Shown here: one piece after another, positions 9,287 to 19,246 of the stretch
How positions within the stretch are numbered: the stretch's first letter is position 1
Layout: each line of letters begins with the position of its first letter
IMG/VR virus record: IMGVR_UViG_3300026183_000930
Location: 60,222 to 124,221 of that record
DNA length: 64,000 nucleotides
DNA from: a virus
Strand: one strand, 5' to 3'
Program-made: the position numbers and the translations under genes
Notes under the pieces: generated by a model
Told to the model about the DNA's origin: nothing
The model's input: only the letters and a program-made list of their open reading frames with translations
The model's database searches: none

Positions 9287-12001
9287 TTATCCAATTTCAA
9301 ATATGGAATCAAAGTTATTAACATGTTGCGTTTCTTTTAATTCCCAACCCAATACTCCAATTAAGTTTTTAATTTTCTGATCAATAATGGTTTTTTCCAT
9401 TTCTTCATGATCAAATGGTAACTCTTTAAACCATCTTGGTAGATTCAGTTCATCAATTGGGTAAGCAATTGATGTATAATTCATTGGATTGGGTTTGAGT
9501 TTACACACAATAACTTTTTGTCCATCCATAATAGGTAAACTGTATCTATCTCTGTAGGCTTTTCTAAGATCATTCCAATTTAAACTGGCTCTAACATGTC
9601 CTGGCATAATTGGTTTTTTAATTGCATTAGTATTGTCCAAATTTGCCATACTTGCTGTTTGATTATTATATGCAGTAACAATTCCCAAATACTTGGTCAA
9701 ATTGTTTACTCGTTTAGGTGTTCCTTTTTCCCAACCGTCTCTTTTTCCAAATTCATTTTTAAAATCAGCAATCATATCAAAACAATCTTGTTTTGTTTTA
9801 CCAATTAGTACCATTGTTAATAGTTCTTCAAGAAATCTCTGTACAAATTCTGGAGTATCTGATCTTTTTAGATCAACACCCATTGCTTTTATTTTACCGG
9901 GCTTACCATCTATATCTTGTCTGTTGCCTTCTAAGTCATAAATTAATGCCGCATATCTTTTCTTTGTGATATACAATCCTGACTCAGCAACAATTTCTCT
10001 ACCTGCTTGGATAATCTTACCTGCTTCTGTTGAAACATTAAATGAGTTAGTCATAAAACTTGGAAAAGAATTATTTACTTCATTACCAATTTGATCATAC
10101 AGTGATATTACTGAATCTTTGGTCCATGGCACATGACCTGCTTCAACATCTTGCTTAACTGATGGATATGCACTAAAATAAACTGAATCAGTGTCACCAT
10201 ATATAATTGATTCTCCAGTGTGATTATAATCATTGCAGATTATTTGGTTTGTTTGTGATGCCATGTGTTTTGTGATTGTTCTTCCTGACAGTGTTACTGA
10301 TTGACCAATACGAGTATCAAAAAATCTACAGCCTGGATTTAGAATAGCACCATACAATGAATTCAAGTTAATCTTTTTAACAAGTTGTCTTTTGTCCCAA
10401 AACTCTCGTTGTTTTTGATTTTCTGCTTCACGCATATTCTTTTGCATGACTTTTCTTTCTGAATACCAAAATTCAAGCAAACCAGGAACAACTGCTTTGA
10501 CGTCAGTTCTAAAAATAGTACCATTAGCACTCAAGCACCAATCTTGTCCTGATTCAAAAATAATCTTATACCATTCTGCACCACTTTTTGAATCTGAGAA
10601 TCCATCTTCAAAATCACAAACAATTTCTACACCAATATCTTTTTCAATAACTGCTTTGTATTCTAATGTACCAAACAAACCTTCCCAGGCATCTGCGGCT
10701 GACTTGCCTTCTTTCATTTTGTTGTCAATATACTTTTTAGTACTTTCTAATCTTAGTTGTCCTACAATGGTTTCCGGACCCATATTCAAACTTCTAATCA
10801 CACTTGGATACAGTGAGTTAATATCTAAACTGCCAATCCAATTGTGTAATCCTTTTTTAGGAAATGCCACATAGGCTCCAACAGCAGGTGTTGTATCAAC
10901 ATTGTCACCTTTCTTTCTGTCTGGAATAACAAATCCTCTTTTGTGTGATTCATTGATAATTGCTTGTTCAGTAACTGCTACAGCACCCATTGTAGTTTGT
11001 AGTAGCACTGTGTTAGCATGAGCCAATTCATTTGCTAGATCAATAAATTTTAATTTGTCATCAAGTTTGGCCAACAATGCCACGTCTTGTCTTGAATATG
11101 CAATAAACTTTTCAAAGTCATTGTTATATAACTGATCAAGTGTGCCATCATATGGAACTTTTTTTTCACCAATTTCATAATCACCAATTGCATCAAGTCT
11201 ATATGAATGCATTTCATGATATGTGTATTTTCTGTACAGTTCTAGATAATCTAAATGCACACGACCAATCAAGTCGTATGTTTCTTGCTCGTTACCATAT
11301 TTGATGTATTTTCTTTTTCTTGGATATTTGTCCCATAAGCAATATCTTGATAGATCAGCTCTGCTGAGAATCAATTGTGTCCTGTTAATAATGTAAGGAA
11401 TATCAAATCCTTCTGAGTTCCATCCACTCAATATATCAGCGTCATCAATAAGTTTTAAAAACATATCAAGAAGTTCTTTTTCATCATGACACAACACAGT
11501 GTTGTCATACTTGACTGAAATTGCTTCTGCTATTTCTTGATCTAATTTCTCAGGTTTCAAACACAAAGTGATCAATCGTTGATCTTCAGGTAACCAATTC
11601 AAATAGAGTGTTATGGCTGTGATTTTTTCATGTGGATCATGTGCAGGTGCAAAACCTCTATCTTTGTTGAAGTCTACCTCAATATCAAAAAAGCACACAT
11701 GAGGAACAGGAGAATCAATTCCCAAATAGTTTTCTTCCAAACATCTAAAAATTGGGTTTATATCAGATTCATGCAGTTTTTGATGACTGTATAGTTTTCT
11801 TTCTCTATCAAATTCTTTGATATGTTTTGTTGAAAATCTTGACACTGGTCTACCGTATATTGATCTGTGTTTTCCTTTTGGATCTGGATAATAGAAAACA
11901 TAGTTTGTTGAGTATTGTCGATATTCTCTTTTGCCTTTTACTCTTTCAACTACATTAATTCTGTCTTTGTCTCTTTCCAGAAATGCATCAATATAACTCA
12001 T
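9287..12001 (-). CDS. Family B DNA polymerase (gp43-like)
   Basis: Exo motifs FDIE, GWNSEGFDIPY, YSRQD; polymerase motifs DINSLYPS, KINLNSLYG, YGDTDS, KKRY. Confidence 0.97.
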   Translation of the reverse strand: MSYIDAFLERDKDRINVVERVKGKREYRQYSTNYVFYYPDPKGKHRSIYGRPVSRFSTKHIKEFDRERKLYSHQKLHESDINPIFRCLEENYLGIDSPVPHVCFFDIEVDFNKDRGFAPAHDPHEKITAITLYLNWLPEDQRLITLCLKPEKLDQEIAEAISVKYDNTVLCHDEKELLDMFLKLIDDADILSGWNSEGFDIPYIINRTQLILSRADLSRYCLWDKYPRKRKYIKYGNEQETYDLIGRVHLDYLELYRKYTYHEMHSYRLDAIGDYEIGEKKVPYDGTLDQLYNNDFEKFIAYSRQDVALLAKLDDKLKFIDLANELAHANTVLLQTTMGAVAVTEQAIINESHKRGFVIPDRKKGDNVDTTPAVGAYVAFPKKGLHNWIGSLDINSLYPSVIRSLNMGPETIVGQLRLESTKKYIDNKMKEGKSAADAWEGLFGTLEYKAVIEKDIGVEIVCDFEDGFSDSKSGAEWYKIIFESGQDWCLSANGTIFRTDVKAVVPGLLEFWYSERKVMQKNMREAENQKQREFWDKRQLVKKINLNSLYGAILNPGCRFFDTRIGQSVTLSGRTITKHMASQTNQIICNDYNHTGESIIYGDTDSVYFSAYPSVKQDVEAGHVPWTKDSVISLYDQIGNEVNNSFPSFMTNSFNVSTEAGKIIQAGREIVAESGLYITKKRYAALIYDLEGNRQDIDGKPGKIKAMGVDLKRSDTPEFVQRFLEELLTMVLIGKTKQDCFDMIADFKNEFGKRDGWEKGTPKRVNNLTKYLGIVTAYNNQTASMANLDNTNAIKKPIMPGHVRASLNWNDLRKAYRDRYSLPIMDGQKVIVCKLKPNPMNYTSIAYPIDELNLPRWFKELPFDHEEMEKTIIDQKIKNLIGVLGWELKETQHVNNFDSIFEIG

Positions 12002-12057
12002 AGATTTTTTGCCCTTGTTTTTATTATATTAACAGTTATAATAAAAGTTGTCAACTG

Positions 12058-12327
12058 TTATTTGATATTAAATGCTTTGGCTAACTTCTGTGGTTCCATA
12101 CCATCTATCTGGTACACTTGTTCTGATGTGAAATCTAAATATTCTCCATCTGCAATACTTCTGCCACGAAAGTGTGAATCATCAATAACTGACTCAACGG
12201 CAAACACTCCTTTAACAGGAAAAGGCGTACTGCCAAACCCAGTCACAGTATGCTCCACTTCCATTTCAGTTTCTTGTTTGATGATTTTATTAGATACTAG
12301 TTTCTTAATTATTTGTTTTTTATCCAT
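12058..12327 (-). CDS. Hypothetical protein
   Basis: 89 aa, overlaps the end of the upstream ORF. Confidence 0.55.
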   Translation of the reverse strand: MDKKQIIKKLVSNKIIKQETEMEVEHTVTGFGSTPFPVKGVFAVESVIDDSHFRGRSIADGEYLDFTSEQVYQIDGMEPQKLAKAFNIK

Positions 12328-12922
12328 AGTCTTTTATTTCCTTTATTGTGATTGCCTTTACTATTTTTACATTTTCAGATGCTAACTTGGCCAACATCAG
12401 ATCTTTATCATCCAAACAATACAGTTTTGGATAACAAACAAAAGGAGAATAAACACCTTTTGCCATCATTGTTCCTTTGTTTTCTACTGCTAATCTTTTT
12501 ACTCGCTGTGTTGTTTCATCATCAGCCATGCCATAGTCAACAAAATATCTATATTTGTTATAGTACAAAGAATTTTTAACTGCATGATTATCAGACTTGA
12601 GTACTGATAAATGATAATCATTTACCGGACCTTCGATTTTCATTTCTTCTTTGTCAAATATAGAAACAATTCTTTTTAACATTTCAAAATTTTGTATATA
12701 ATACCAATTTGTATCTCCTCTGTTACCCCATGCCACTTCTGGATACAGAATTGATGCTGTTATATCTCTATCTGGATCAAACCAGGATTCTCTTGCTATG
12801 TCTAAAACTTCGCTAAATTTTTCAGTTTCGTAACTTGTTGTTTCTAAAGTAAAGTTACGAGTTCTTGTGACTCTATAAGGATACTTTGTTTTGAAAAGTT
12901 TAGTGCTTGGTTGTATTTTCAT
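12320..12922 (-). CDS. Hypothetical protein
   Basis: 200 aa, overlaps the clpA end. Confidence 0.6.
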   Translation of the reverse strand: MKIQPSTKLFKTKYPYRVTRTRNFTLETTSYETEKFSEVLDIARESWFDPDRDITASILYPEVAWGNRGDTNWYYIQNFEMLKRIVSIFDKEEMKIEGPVNDYHLSVLKSDNHAVKNSLYYNKYRYFVDYGMADDETTQRVKRLAVENKGTMMAKGVYSPFVCYPKLYCLDDKDLMLAKLASENVKIVKAITIKEIKDYG

Positions 12923-15131
12923 ACTTGATAACTAGTTCTCCGTTTGCTTCGTCTACAATTACTTTTCCGCCTGTTATTAGTTTACCAAACAACAATTCTT
13001 TAGACACTGGTTTTTTAATGTGCTGATCAAACACTCGTTGCATTGGTCTTGCACCCATTGATGGATTATAACCTTTGTCCAATACCCAACGTTTTGCATT
13101 TTCAGTCATTTCAATTGTTATTGATTTGTCTTCTAACAGTTTATTAGTTTCATTTAAATTTTTATCAACTATACGTAAAACATTTTGTTTATCAAGTTTA
13201 ACAAACTTAACTATTCCATCAAGTCTGTTTCTAAATTCTGGTGTGAAGAATCCTTTGATATAGTTATCGTCTTCACCTTGTCTATCAGTTTTACCAATTC
13301 CCATTGGTGGTTTTTCACTTTCTGCGGCACCCAAATTTGATGTCATAATCAAAATAACTTTTTCAAATGAAACAGTTTTGCCTGTTGATGATGTTAATCT
13401 ACCATCATCCATTACTTGTAGTAATACTTGTAATACTTCTGGTGCGGCTTTTTCAACTTCATCTAGCAATAGCACACAGTTTGGATTGTCTTCTACATCA
13501 TTGATTAGTTGTCCTGATCCTGTTGACCCTTCTGCATAACCCACATATCCTGGAGGTGCACCAATCAGTTTTGATGTTGAATGTCTTTCTTGATATTCAC
13601 TCATATCATATTTTAATAATTTAATACTTAAATTGTCAGCAAGTTGTCTACAAGTTTCAGTTTTACCAACACCAGTTGGTCCTACAAACAAATAAGATCC
13701 AATTGGTTTGTTTGAAGGTCTAAGTCCTGCTTTGGCTATCAAAATACTGTCTACTAAAGTTTCTATTGCTGTGTCTTGGCCAAAAACTTTCTTCTTTACA
13801 TTGCCTTCTAAATCAGCATAATGATCAGTTTGTTTGATATTAATCATTTCAATTGGCACTTTGCTGATTCTACTAACAACGTTTTGTGCAACATCTAAAG
13901 TCACTATTGGCTTGTCAGCCAATTTGGTTCTCACTGCTGATGCATCTAACACATCAATTGCTTTGTCTGGAAAGAATTTGCCGTGTATATGCTTTTCACA
14001 CATGTCAACAATTTGCTCAAGCACACCTTCTTCAAATTTAACTTCATGAAATGCTTCATAAACTGGTGCAATGCCTTTGACAATTAATTTTGTATTCTCA
14101 ACATTAGGTGGATCAATGTCATACTTTTGAAACCTACGCATTAATGCTCTATCTTTTTCAATGTTTTCTCTGTATTCTTCAGGAGTAGTTGCACCAATAC
14201 AATTTAGTTTTCCTCTAGCAAGTAATGGTTTTAAAAGATTTGCCAAATCCATGTTACTACTTCCGGCTGTACCGGCTCCTGTTATCATGTGTATTTCATC
14301 AATGAATAAAATGATATCATCTTTTTGTGCTAAAGTATCAAGAACTAATTTAGCACGTTCTTCAAAGTCACCTCTATATTTTGTTCCGGCAACAAGAGCA
14401 CCAATATCTAAAGAAAAAACTGATTTGTTTAACAATGGTTTAGGTACATCTTTTTCTATAATCTTTTTTGCCAGTCCTTCTGCAATAGCAGTTTTACCAA
14501 CACCCGGATCACCAACTACAATGACATTATTCTTTTTACGTCTTGCTAAGATATGAGCTATATCATCAATTTCTTGACTTCTACCTATGATGTCATCGAT
14601 GTCACCTTTTTCAGCAACTTCATTTAAATTTTGACAGTATGTTTCAAACTTACCAGAATTCTCTTCAGCAGTTCCCATGGCTTGTTCCATGGCCTGTTTA
14701 TTGATTGCATCTTTGGTAATAAACTGTACTAATGAATTTCTTGTGACTCCGTGCTTTTTTAAATAAAATAATGCATAACTTTGTTTTTCACTCATGATAC
14801 TTACAAGAATATCTCGTGGCATCAAAGTTTTTCTTCCAGAAAAAATAACCTGTGTCACTGCTCTATTAAACACTCTTTCAGTTGCTTGAGTTTTTCTAGG
14901 CTTTGAACCATCATGAACAATGTCATTCATGTTTTGATCTAAATGATTAACAATATCAATTTTTAAAGCAGTCACATCAGTTTTTACTTCTGCTAAAATT
15001 TTACCTATTAATGGTTCTTGTAACAGTGATAACAATAAATGTTCCAGTGTTATGTATTCATGATTTCGATCAGAAGCCAGTTCGGCCGCTCTGTCTAATA
15101 ATGATTCAATTCTATCTCCGTCTGATGCCAT
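12900..15131 (-). CDS. clpA: ClpA-type ATP-dependent Clp protease ATPase subunit
   Basis: Clp N-domain (HEYITLEHLLL), two AAA modules (GDPGVGKT, GPTGVGKT), no ClpB middle domain, MGIG loop. Confidence 0.9.
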   Translation of the reverse strand: MASDGDRIESLLDRAAELASDRNHEYITLEHLLLSLLQEPLIGKILAEVKTDVTALKIDIVNHLDQNMNDIVHDGSKPRKTQATERVFNRAVTQVIFSGRKTLMPRDILVSIMSEKQSYALFYLKKHGVTRNSLVQFITKDAINKQAMEQAMGTAEENSGKFETYCQNLNEVAEKGDIDDIIGRSQEIDDIAHILARRKKNNVIVVGDPGVGKTAIAEGLAKKIIEKDVPKPLLNKSVFSLDIGALVAGTKYRGDFEERAKLVLDTLAQKDDIILFIDEIHMITGAGTAGSSNMDLANLLKPLLARGKLNCIGATTPEEYRENIEKDRALMRRFQKYDIDPPNVENTKLIVKGIAPVYEAFHEVKFEEGVLEQIVDMCEKHIHGKFFPDKAIDVLDASAVRTKLADKPIVTLDVAQNVVSRISKVPIEMINIKQTDHYADLEGNVKKKVFGQDTAIETLVDSILIAKAGLRPSNKPIGSYLFVGPTGVGKTETCRQLADNLSIKLLKYDMSEYQERHSTSKLIGAPPGYVGYAEGSTGSGQLINDVEDNPNCVLLLDEVEKAAPEVLQVLLQVMDDGRLTSSTGKTVSFEKVILIMTSNLGAAESEKPPMGIGKTDRQGEDDNYIKGFFTPEFRNRLDGIVKFVKLDKQNVLRIVDKNLNETNKLLEDKSITIEMTENAKRWVLDKGYNPSMGARPMQRVFDQHIKKPVSKELLFGKLITGGKVIVDEANGELVIKYENTTKH

Positions 15132-15134
15132 ATG

Positions 15135-15968
15135 TTATTTCAACTTTCTTAATTCATTTAGTATATTATTATTTAAACCTTTTGGTGTGAAAGGTTTTAA
15201 TACAACATAAAGATCGCCATAAGTTCCATTTGGCTTGGGCATGCCTTTACCTTTAAATCGTACAGTTTGTGTTGGTTGACTTTCTTGTGGTAAATCCCAA
15301 GAAATTTTTTCTCCAGAAATATGATCTAAACTGATTTTACTTCCTAACAATACGTCTATTACACTTATTTGATAATCCTGATATAAATCAAAATTTCTTT
15401 TTACATAAGTTGGGTGATTCATAACTGTTAAATGTATCATTAAATTTCCTGGTTGTAGTTCTTTATAACTGTGATCTCCTAACCCTCGTAATCTTATAAT
15501 AGTTCCTGTTTCAGCATTGGCTGGAATTTTTACTGTGACTTTCTTTTGACCTGAAGGTGTGTCTATTGACAATATTTTTTCTTCTTGTGTATAAATGTCT
15601 TCTATTCTGCATTGTAATGATAGTTTAATGTCTCTGTTACGCAAAGGTCTACGAAAAGGTGAGCCAAAACTGCCTCCAAAAAATTCTTCAAACAGATCTC
15701 CAACATTTTCAAAAACCTGTTCTCCGTTTCTGCCATATGAACTTCTACGAAATCCTGCTTGTTGCGGATCTGTGGTACCATATTGATCATACATTTTTCT
15801 TTTGTCTTTGTTTGATAAAATCTGATATGCTTCATTGATATCTTTGAATTTTGCCTCATCGCCACCTTTGTCAGGGTGATACTCGGCGGCTTTTTTTCTA
15901 AAAGCTCGTTTGATATCAGACTCTGATGCTGACTTGTCAATTTCTAAGATGTTATATGGATTTATCAT
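15135..15968 (-). CDS. DnaJ/CbpA-type co-chaperone (no Zn finger)
   Basis: J-domain with HPD, G/F region and C-terminal GKGMP...GDLYV. Likely start is MINPY at 15968. Confidence 0.9.
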   Translation of the reverse strand: MINPYNILEIDKSASESDIKRAFRKKAAEYHPDKGGDEAKFKDINEAYQILSNKDKRKMYDQYGTTDPQQAGFRRSSYGRNGEQVFENVGDLFEEFFGGSFGSPFRRPLRNRDIKLSLQCRIEDIYTQEEKILSIDTPSGQKKVTVKIPANAETGTIIRLRGLGDHSYKELQPGNLMIHLTVMNHPTYVKRNFDLYQDYQISVIDVLLGSKISLDHISGEKISWDLPQESQPTQTVRFKGKGMPKPNGTYGDLYVVLKPFTPKGLNNNILNELRKLK

Positions 15969-16003
15969 ACACATAATATAACATGAATTTGTAAAAAGTC
16001 AAG

Positions 16004-16390
16004 TTATTTTATGTCTTTTTCTGTGGTTTCAGAATTGTAATCTTCGTAATACTTTTTGTATTCTTCCAACAGTGTGTTTGTTTCTTGAAGTTTTGCTCTG
16101 ATCTGTGCAAAGTTTTTGGCCAATAACTCATAGTCCTTGTCTGATAGACCAAACAGCACAGGATCTAAACCTTGTTCTGCCATTTTGGCAAACACTTCAT
16201 CTGCATTGTCACTGTGGATAATTATCCATTGTATTTGCTCTAGTTGTAAAGGAGTAGGCAATTCATAATTTAATTGTTGTCTTGGTTCTTCAACTTGAAA
16301 TATTTTTATTTTCTTTTCTCCGCCAATTGAACAACCAGTAAGTAAAACTGCTGTAACTAATATCAAAATAATCTTATTCATATGGTACAT
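16004..16390 (-). CDS. Putative o-spanin (Rz1-like lipoprotein)
   Basis: LLTGC lipobox, Pro-rich stretch then helix; overlaps the upstream TM/coiled-coil gene. Confidence 0.55.
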   Translation of the reverse strand: MYHMNKIILILVTAVLLTGCSIGGEKKIKIFQVEEPRQQLNYELPTPLQLEQIQWIIIHSDNADEVFAKMAEQGLDPVLFGLSDKDYELLAKNFAQIRAKLQETNTLLEEYKKYYEDYNSETTEKDIK

Positions 16391-16847
16391 AAGAAGGATT
16401 TGCTAGTGCCGGACATTCTGGATTAATTTCCGACTTTTTAGTTGCCTTCAACTCCTCTTCAGTGTGTGGTGCACCTGATGCCAATTCTATACATCTTATG
16501 GCATTGTCAGATCCTTTGTTGAATATTCTTTCAACTGGTGCTGTTTTTTCAATTGCCAGTTTGCCCACGTCTCTTTTGCCTTTGTTGAATCTTTTGTCTA
16601 GTTCATCTAAATCTTTTTTAAGTGTGTTGATCAACTTGTTCAACTGTTTGTTAGATTCTAGTATCTCTTCAAAATCTTGTTTTTGTTTTTGCAGTAATTC
16701 TTTTTGTGATTCTACACTACGTTCAAGTTCAATTTGATTGGCTTTTAGTATAGCATTGTCAGAACGCAACTTCATCACATATAGTCCTGCACCTGCAATA
16801 GATGAGATTATTAATCCTACCAAAATGATTTTAACTGTGCTGAACAT
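16374..16847 (-). CDS. Putative i-spanin (Rz-like)
   Basis: Single N-terminal TM, long coiled coil and C-terminal cysteines. Confidence 0.55.
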   Translation of the reverse strand: MFSTVKIILVGLIISSIAGAGLYVMKLRSDNAILKANQIELERSVESQKELLQKQKQDFEEILESNKQLNKLINTLKKDLDELDKRFNKGKRDVGKLAIEKTAPVERIFNKGSDNAIRCIELASGAPHTEEELKATKKSEINPECPALANPSYVPYE

Positions 16848-17641
16848 TACTTGTTCCTTTTATCTAGTATTTCTTTCAAAGTGTTATAATATTCACTCAC
16901 TGAGTGATCTCTTAAACCATCACCAATTCTTGAAAACTGTCCTCTAAACCAATCTAAAAATAGCCCCCAAGCATTTTTGCCACCAATAAAAATTTTCTTT
17001 CTTTGAGAAAGATAACATAACCTACCAATGTGTCTGAAACCCATCATAGCCAAAGGTACTTTTGTTACAACATCATTGTTGTTTCTCACACGCCATACAG
17101 GAGTTTTAACAAAGTCTTTGAAATTCCAAGCACCGACTCTTGGTCCACCATATGTGTAACAACATCTAATAGTAAATCCTTCTTCGTCTTCTAATCTGTT
17201 TGTAGATATCAATGCACCTGCACCACCTAGTGAATGACCAGTAACATAGATATCAAACCAACTGTTGCTGTTTCTGTTTATGATTTCTTTTATGTAATTA
17301 CGAAGTTTTGGATAAACTTTGTCTACATACTCTTTGAAACCTCTGTGTACACTTGCTTGGTGTCCAACAACTTTTCTAAATTTCAAATCAGCAAGTATGT
17401 CTTCCATTTCAGATACTTCTGTGCCTCTCCATGTAATAAAAATTTTTTTCTCAGTGATTGAATAAACAACATAACACTGAGTGCCGTTGTTTTCTATCAT
17501 TTGATATTTGTATTGTCCTAATCCTAAGGCTCTAATTTTATGTATAAAAGATTTTGGTGTAAAATAAGCCGCTTGTGATAAACCAGCAAGTTTGACTGCT
17601 AATTCAAGATCAAACTCTTTTTTGTGTTTAATATCTTCCAT
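16847..17641 (-). CDS. Class 3 lipase (alpha/beta hydrolase)
   Basis: RGT, VHRGF, TGHSLGG, TYGGPRVG, NNNDVVTKVP and C-terminal DH catalytic His. Confidence 0.88.
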   Translation of the reverse strand: MEDIKHKKEFDLELAVKLAGLSQAAYFTPKSFIHKIRALGLGQYKYQMIENNGTQCYVVYSITEKKIFITWRGTEVSEMEDILADLKFRKVVGHQASVHRGFKEYVDKVYPKLRNYIKEIINRNSNSWFDIYVTGHSLGGAGALISTNRLEDEEGFTIRCCYTYGGPRVGAWNFKDFVKTPVWRVRNNNDVVTKVPLAMMGFRHIGRLCYLSQRKKIFIGGKNAWGLFLDWFRGQFSRIGDGLRDHSVSEYYNTLKEILDKRNK

Positions 17642-17643
17642 TT

Positions 17644-17934
17644 TTATTTTTTTTCAAGTTTGTCAAGTCTGTTTTTGATATCTTCAATTTCTTTTGTTAG
17701 TTGTGGATGTACTTTTCTCCAAGCACCCAAATCTTGATTTAACCAAGTCCAGCCATATCTATCTCTAAAGAAATCAATTGTTGCGTCCCATTTACCATAT
17801 ACCCAAATTGCCGCTCTAGTGTTACGCATATAAGCAATAAACAATGCACCAAATGTTGCACCAGCCAATGCTGTCCATATCCACAGTCTGTCTGTGAACA
17901 TTGCATTGATCATTGATGTAATATATTCCCACAT
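17644..17934 (-). CDS. Small membrane protein (holin/antiholin candidate)
   Basis: One TM segment and a charged coiled tail. Confidence 0.5.
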   Translation of the reverse strand: MWEYITSMINAMFTDRLWIWTALAGATFGALFIAYMRNTRAAIWVYGKWDATIDFFRDRYGWTWLNQDLGAWRKVHPQLTKEIEDIKNRLDKLEKK

Positions 17935-17943
17935 GACTGTTTT

Positions 17944-18111
17944 TTAATTTTTTATTGCTTTGTAAATTTTATATAAACCGTATGCTAGTCCGCCATATGC
18001 TAAAAGTTTTGCCAAAGGACCAAACACAATTACTATTAAACAGAAAAGAACAATACCTATGCCCTCAACTGATTCAAAAGATTTAATTTTTTCTAATATA
18101 CTGTTAATCAT
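17944..18111 (-). CDS. 55 aa two-TM protein (holin candidate)
   Basis: Below the ORF-track cut-off. GGAG RBS; MINSILEKIKSFESVEGIGIVLFCLIVIVFGPLAKLLAYGGLAYGLYKIYKAIKN. Confidence 0.5.
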   Translation of the reverse strand: MINSILEKIKSFESVEGIGIVLFCLIVIVFGPLAKLLAYGGLAYGLYKIYKAIKN

Positions 18112-18120
18112 AACTTCTCC

Positions 18121-18525
18121 TTATTTGACTTCTATTTCAACCATTCCGTTTTTATAGAATTCAACATTCCATTTATCAATTGAAACTACTTGTTTAATGT
18201 CTTCTAAAACTTTCATAAAAGAATCAGTAAGTGTTTCGTCTCTGTGCATCTCAACAAACACCAAATAATTACCTTCTTCATCTGGTGATGGAGAAACTTC
18301 TGTATCAAGAATGTTGTGAGCACCTCGCTCAATAAAACTTGCCAAATCTTGTGCTGGATCCAAATCTTTTACATAAAAAGACACTACCACCACATTTTCA
18401 GGTGAGCCACTTTTGGGTTCAAAATCATCCACAGTAATCTCTGGAAGAACAAGGTCTTCCAAATCACCAGGTCTAAGTCCCTCAAATATCTGTTTCTGAT
18501 GCGTTTCCAGATTGTCTAGTCTCAT
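18121..18525 (-). CDS. Phage hypothetical protein
   Basis: 134 aa acidic ORF. Confidence 0.6.
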   Translation of the reverse strand: MRLDNLETHQKQIFEGLRPGDLEDLVLPEITVDDFEPKSGSPENVVVVSFYVKDLDPAQDLASFIERGAHNILDTEVSPSPDEEGNYLVFVEMHRDETLTDSFMKVLEDIKQVVSIDKWNVEFYKNGMVEIEVK

Positions 18526-18982
18526 CGTTTAATCCTTTTTGTTCACCTTTAACAATTTCTTCTTGATCTAATTCATTTTTGTCATAAATCATAACATATT
18601 TTTTTGGTACTCTAATTTTAACAACCCAAACAGGTATTTCATCTATTTTTGGCTTTTTAGTGCCTGGCTCATAGTCATCTGGCGTTTTGATTCTTCTGGG
18701 TTCATTGTAATGATCTTCTCTAAAAGAAACTTTACATTTTTTATCAGTTAGTCTTTCAGCACCCATTGGGTTTGGCATTTGTTTATAAGGGTACATAATT
18801 GATACTTCGCACCAATATCTTGACAGATGTGGTCCATCAACTATTTCGCCTTCCATCCAATTTTCGTAAGAGTACACATTTAAATCGTCTAAAAACTTGT
18901 CAAATTCAATTAACACATCTAACAATGACGCATTTTTGTGAATTTGATAGTGATTGTGTACAGTATCGTTAATGTTTATCAT
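18482..18982 (-). CDS. Phage hypothetical protein (late)
   Basis: 166 aa; TAAATA-N5-ATG. Confidence 0.6.
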   Translation of the reverse strand: MININDTVHNHYQIHKNASLLDVLIEFDKFLDDLNVYSYENWMEGEIVDGPHLSRYWCEVSIMYPYKQMPNPMGAERLTDKKCKVSFREDHYNEPRRIKTPDDYEPGTKKPKIDEIPVWVVKIRVPKKYVMIYDKNELDQEEIVKGEQKGLNDETRQSGNASETDI

Positions 18983-19013
18983 ACAAGTATTTATCCAAAA
19001 AATACTATTTGAT

Positions 19014-19244
19014 TTATAACGATGAAGCGTCTAGCTCAATTAATTGGGTATATCCGCCTATGCTTTTGTCATCAATGTATATTTGAGGCATAGTTCTGTG
19101 CCCTTTACTGATAACAAAATCTCTTGCTTCTGTATTTTCTTCAATATTAACTTCTTCAAATTGAAGGTTTTTACCTTTTAACCAACTTTTAGCCATTGAA
19201 CAGTAACCACAACTGTTTTTTGTGTATACTTTAATATTTGCCAT
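19014..19244 (-). CDS. Glutaredoxin
   Basis: CGYC, TMPQI, IGGY motifs. Confidence 0.9.
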   Translation of the reverse strand: MANIKVYTKNSCGYCSMAKSWLKGKNLQFEEVNIEENTEARDFVISKGHRTMPQIYIDDKSIGGYTQLIELDASSL

Positions 19245-19246
19245 TT

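Noticed and set aside
9287-12001. Intein or intron in the DNA polymerase
   Set aside because: Continuous 904 aa ORF with normally spaced motifs and no splicing or homing-endonuclease signature.
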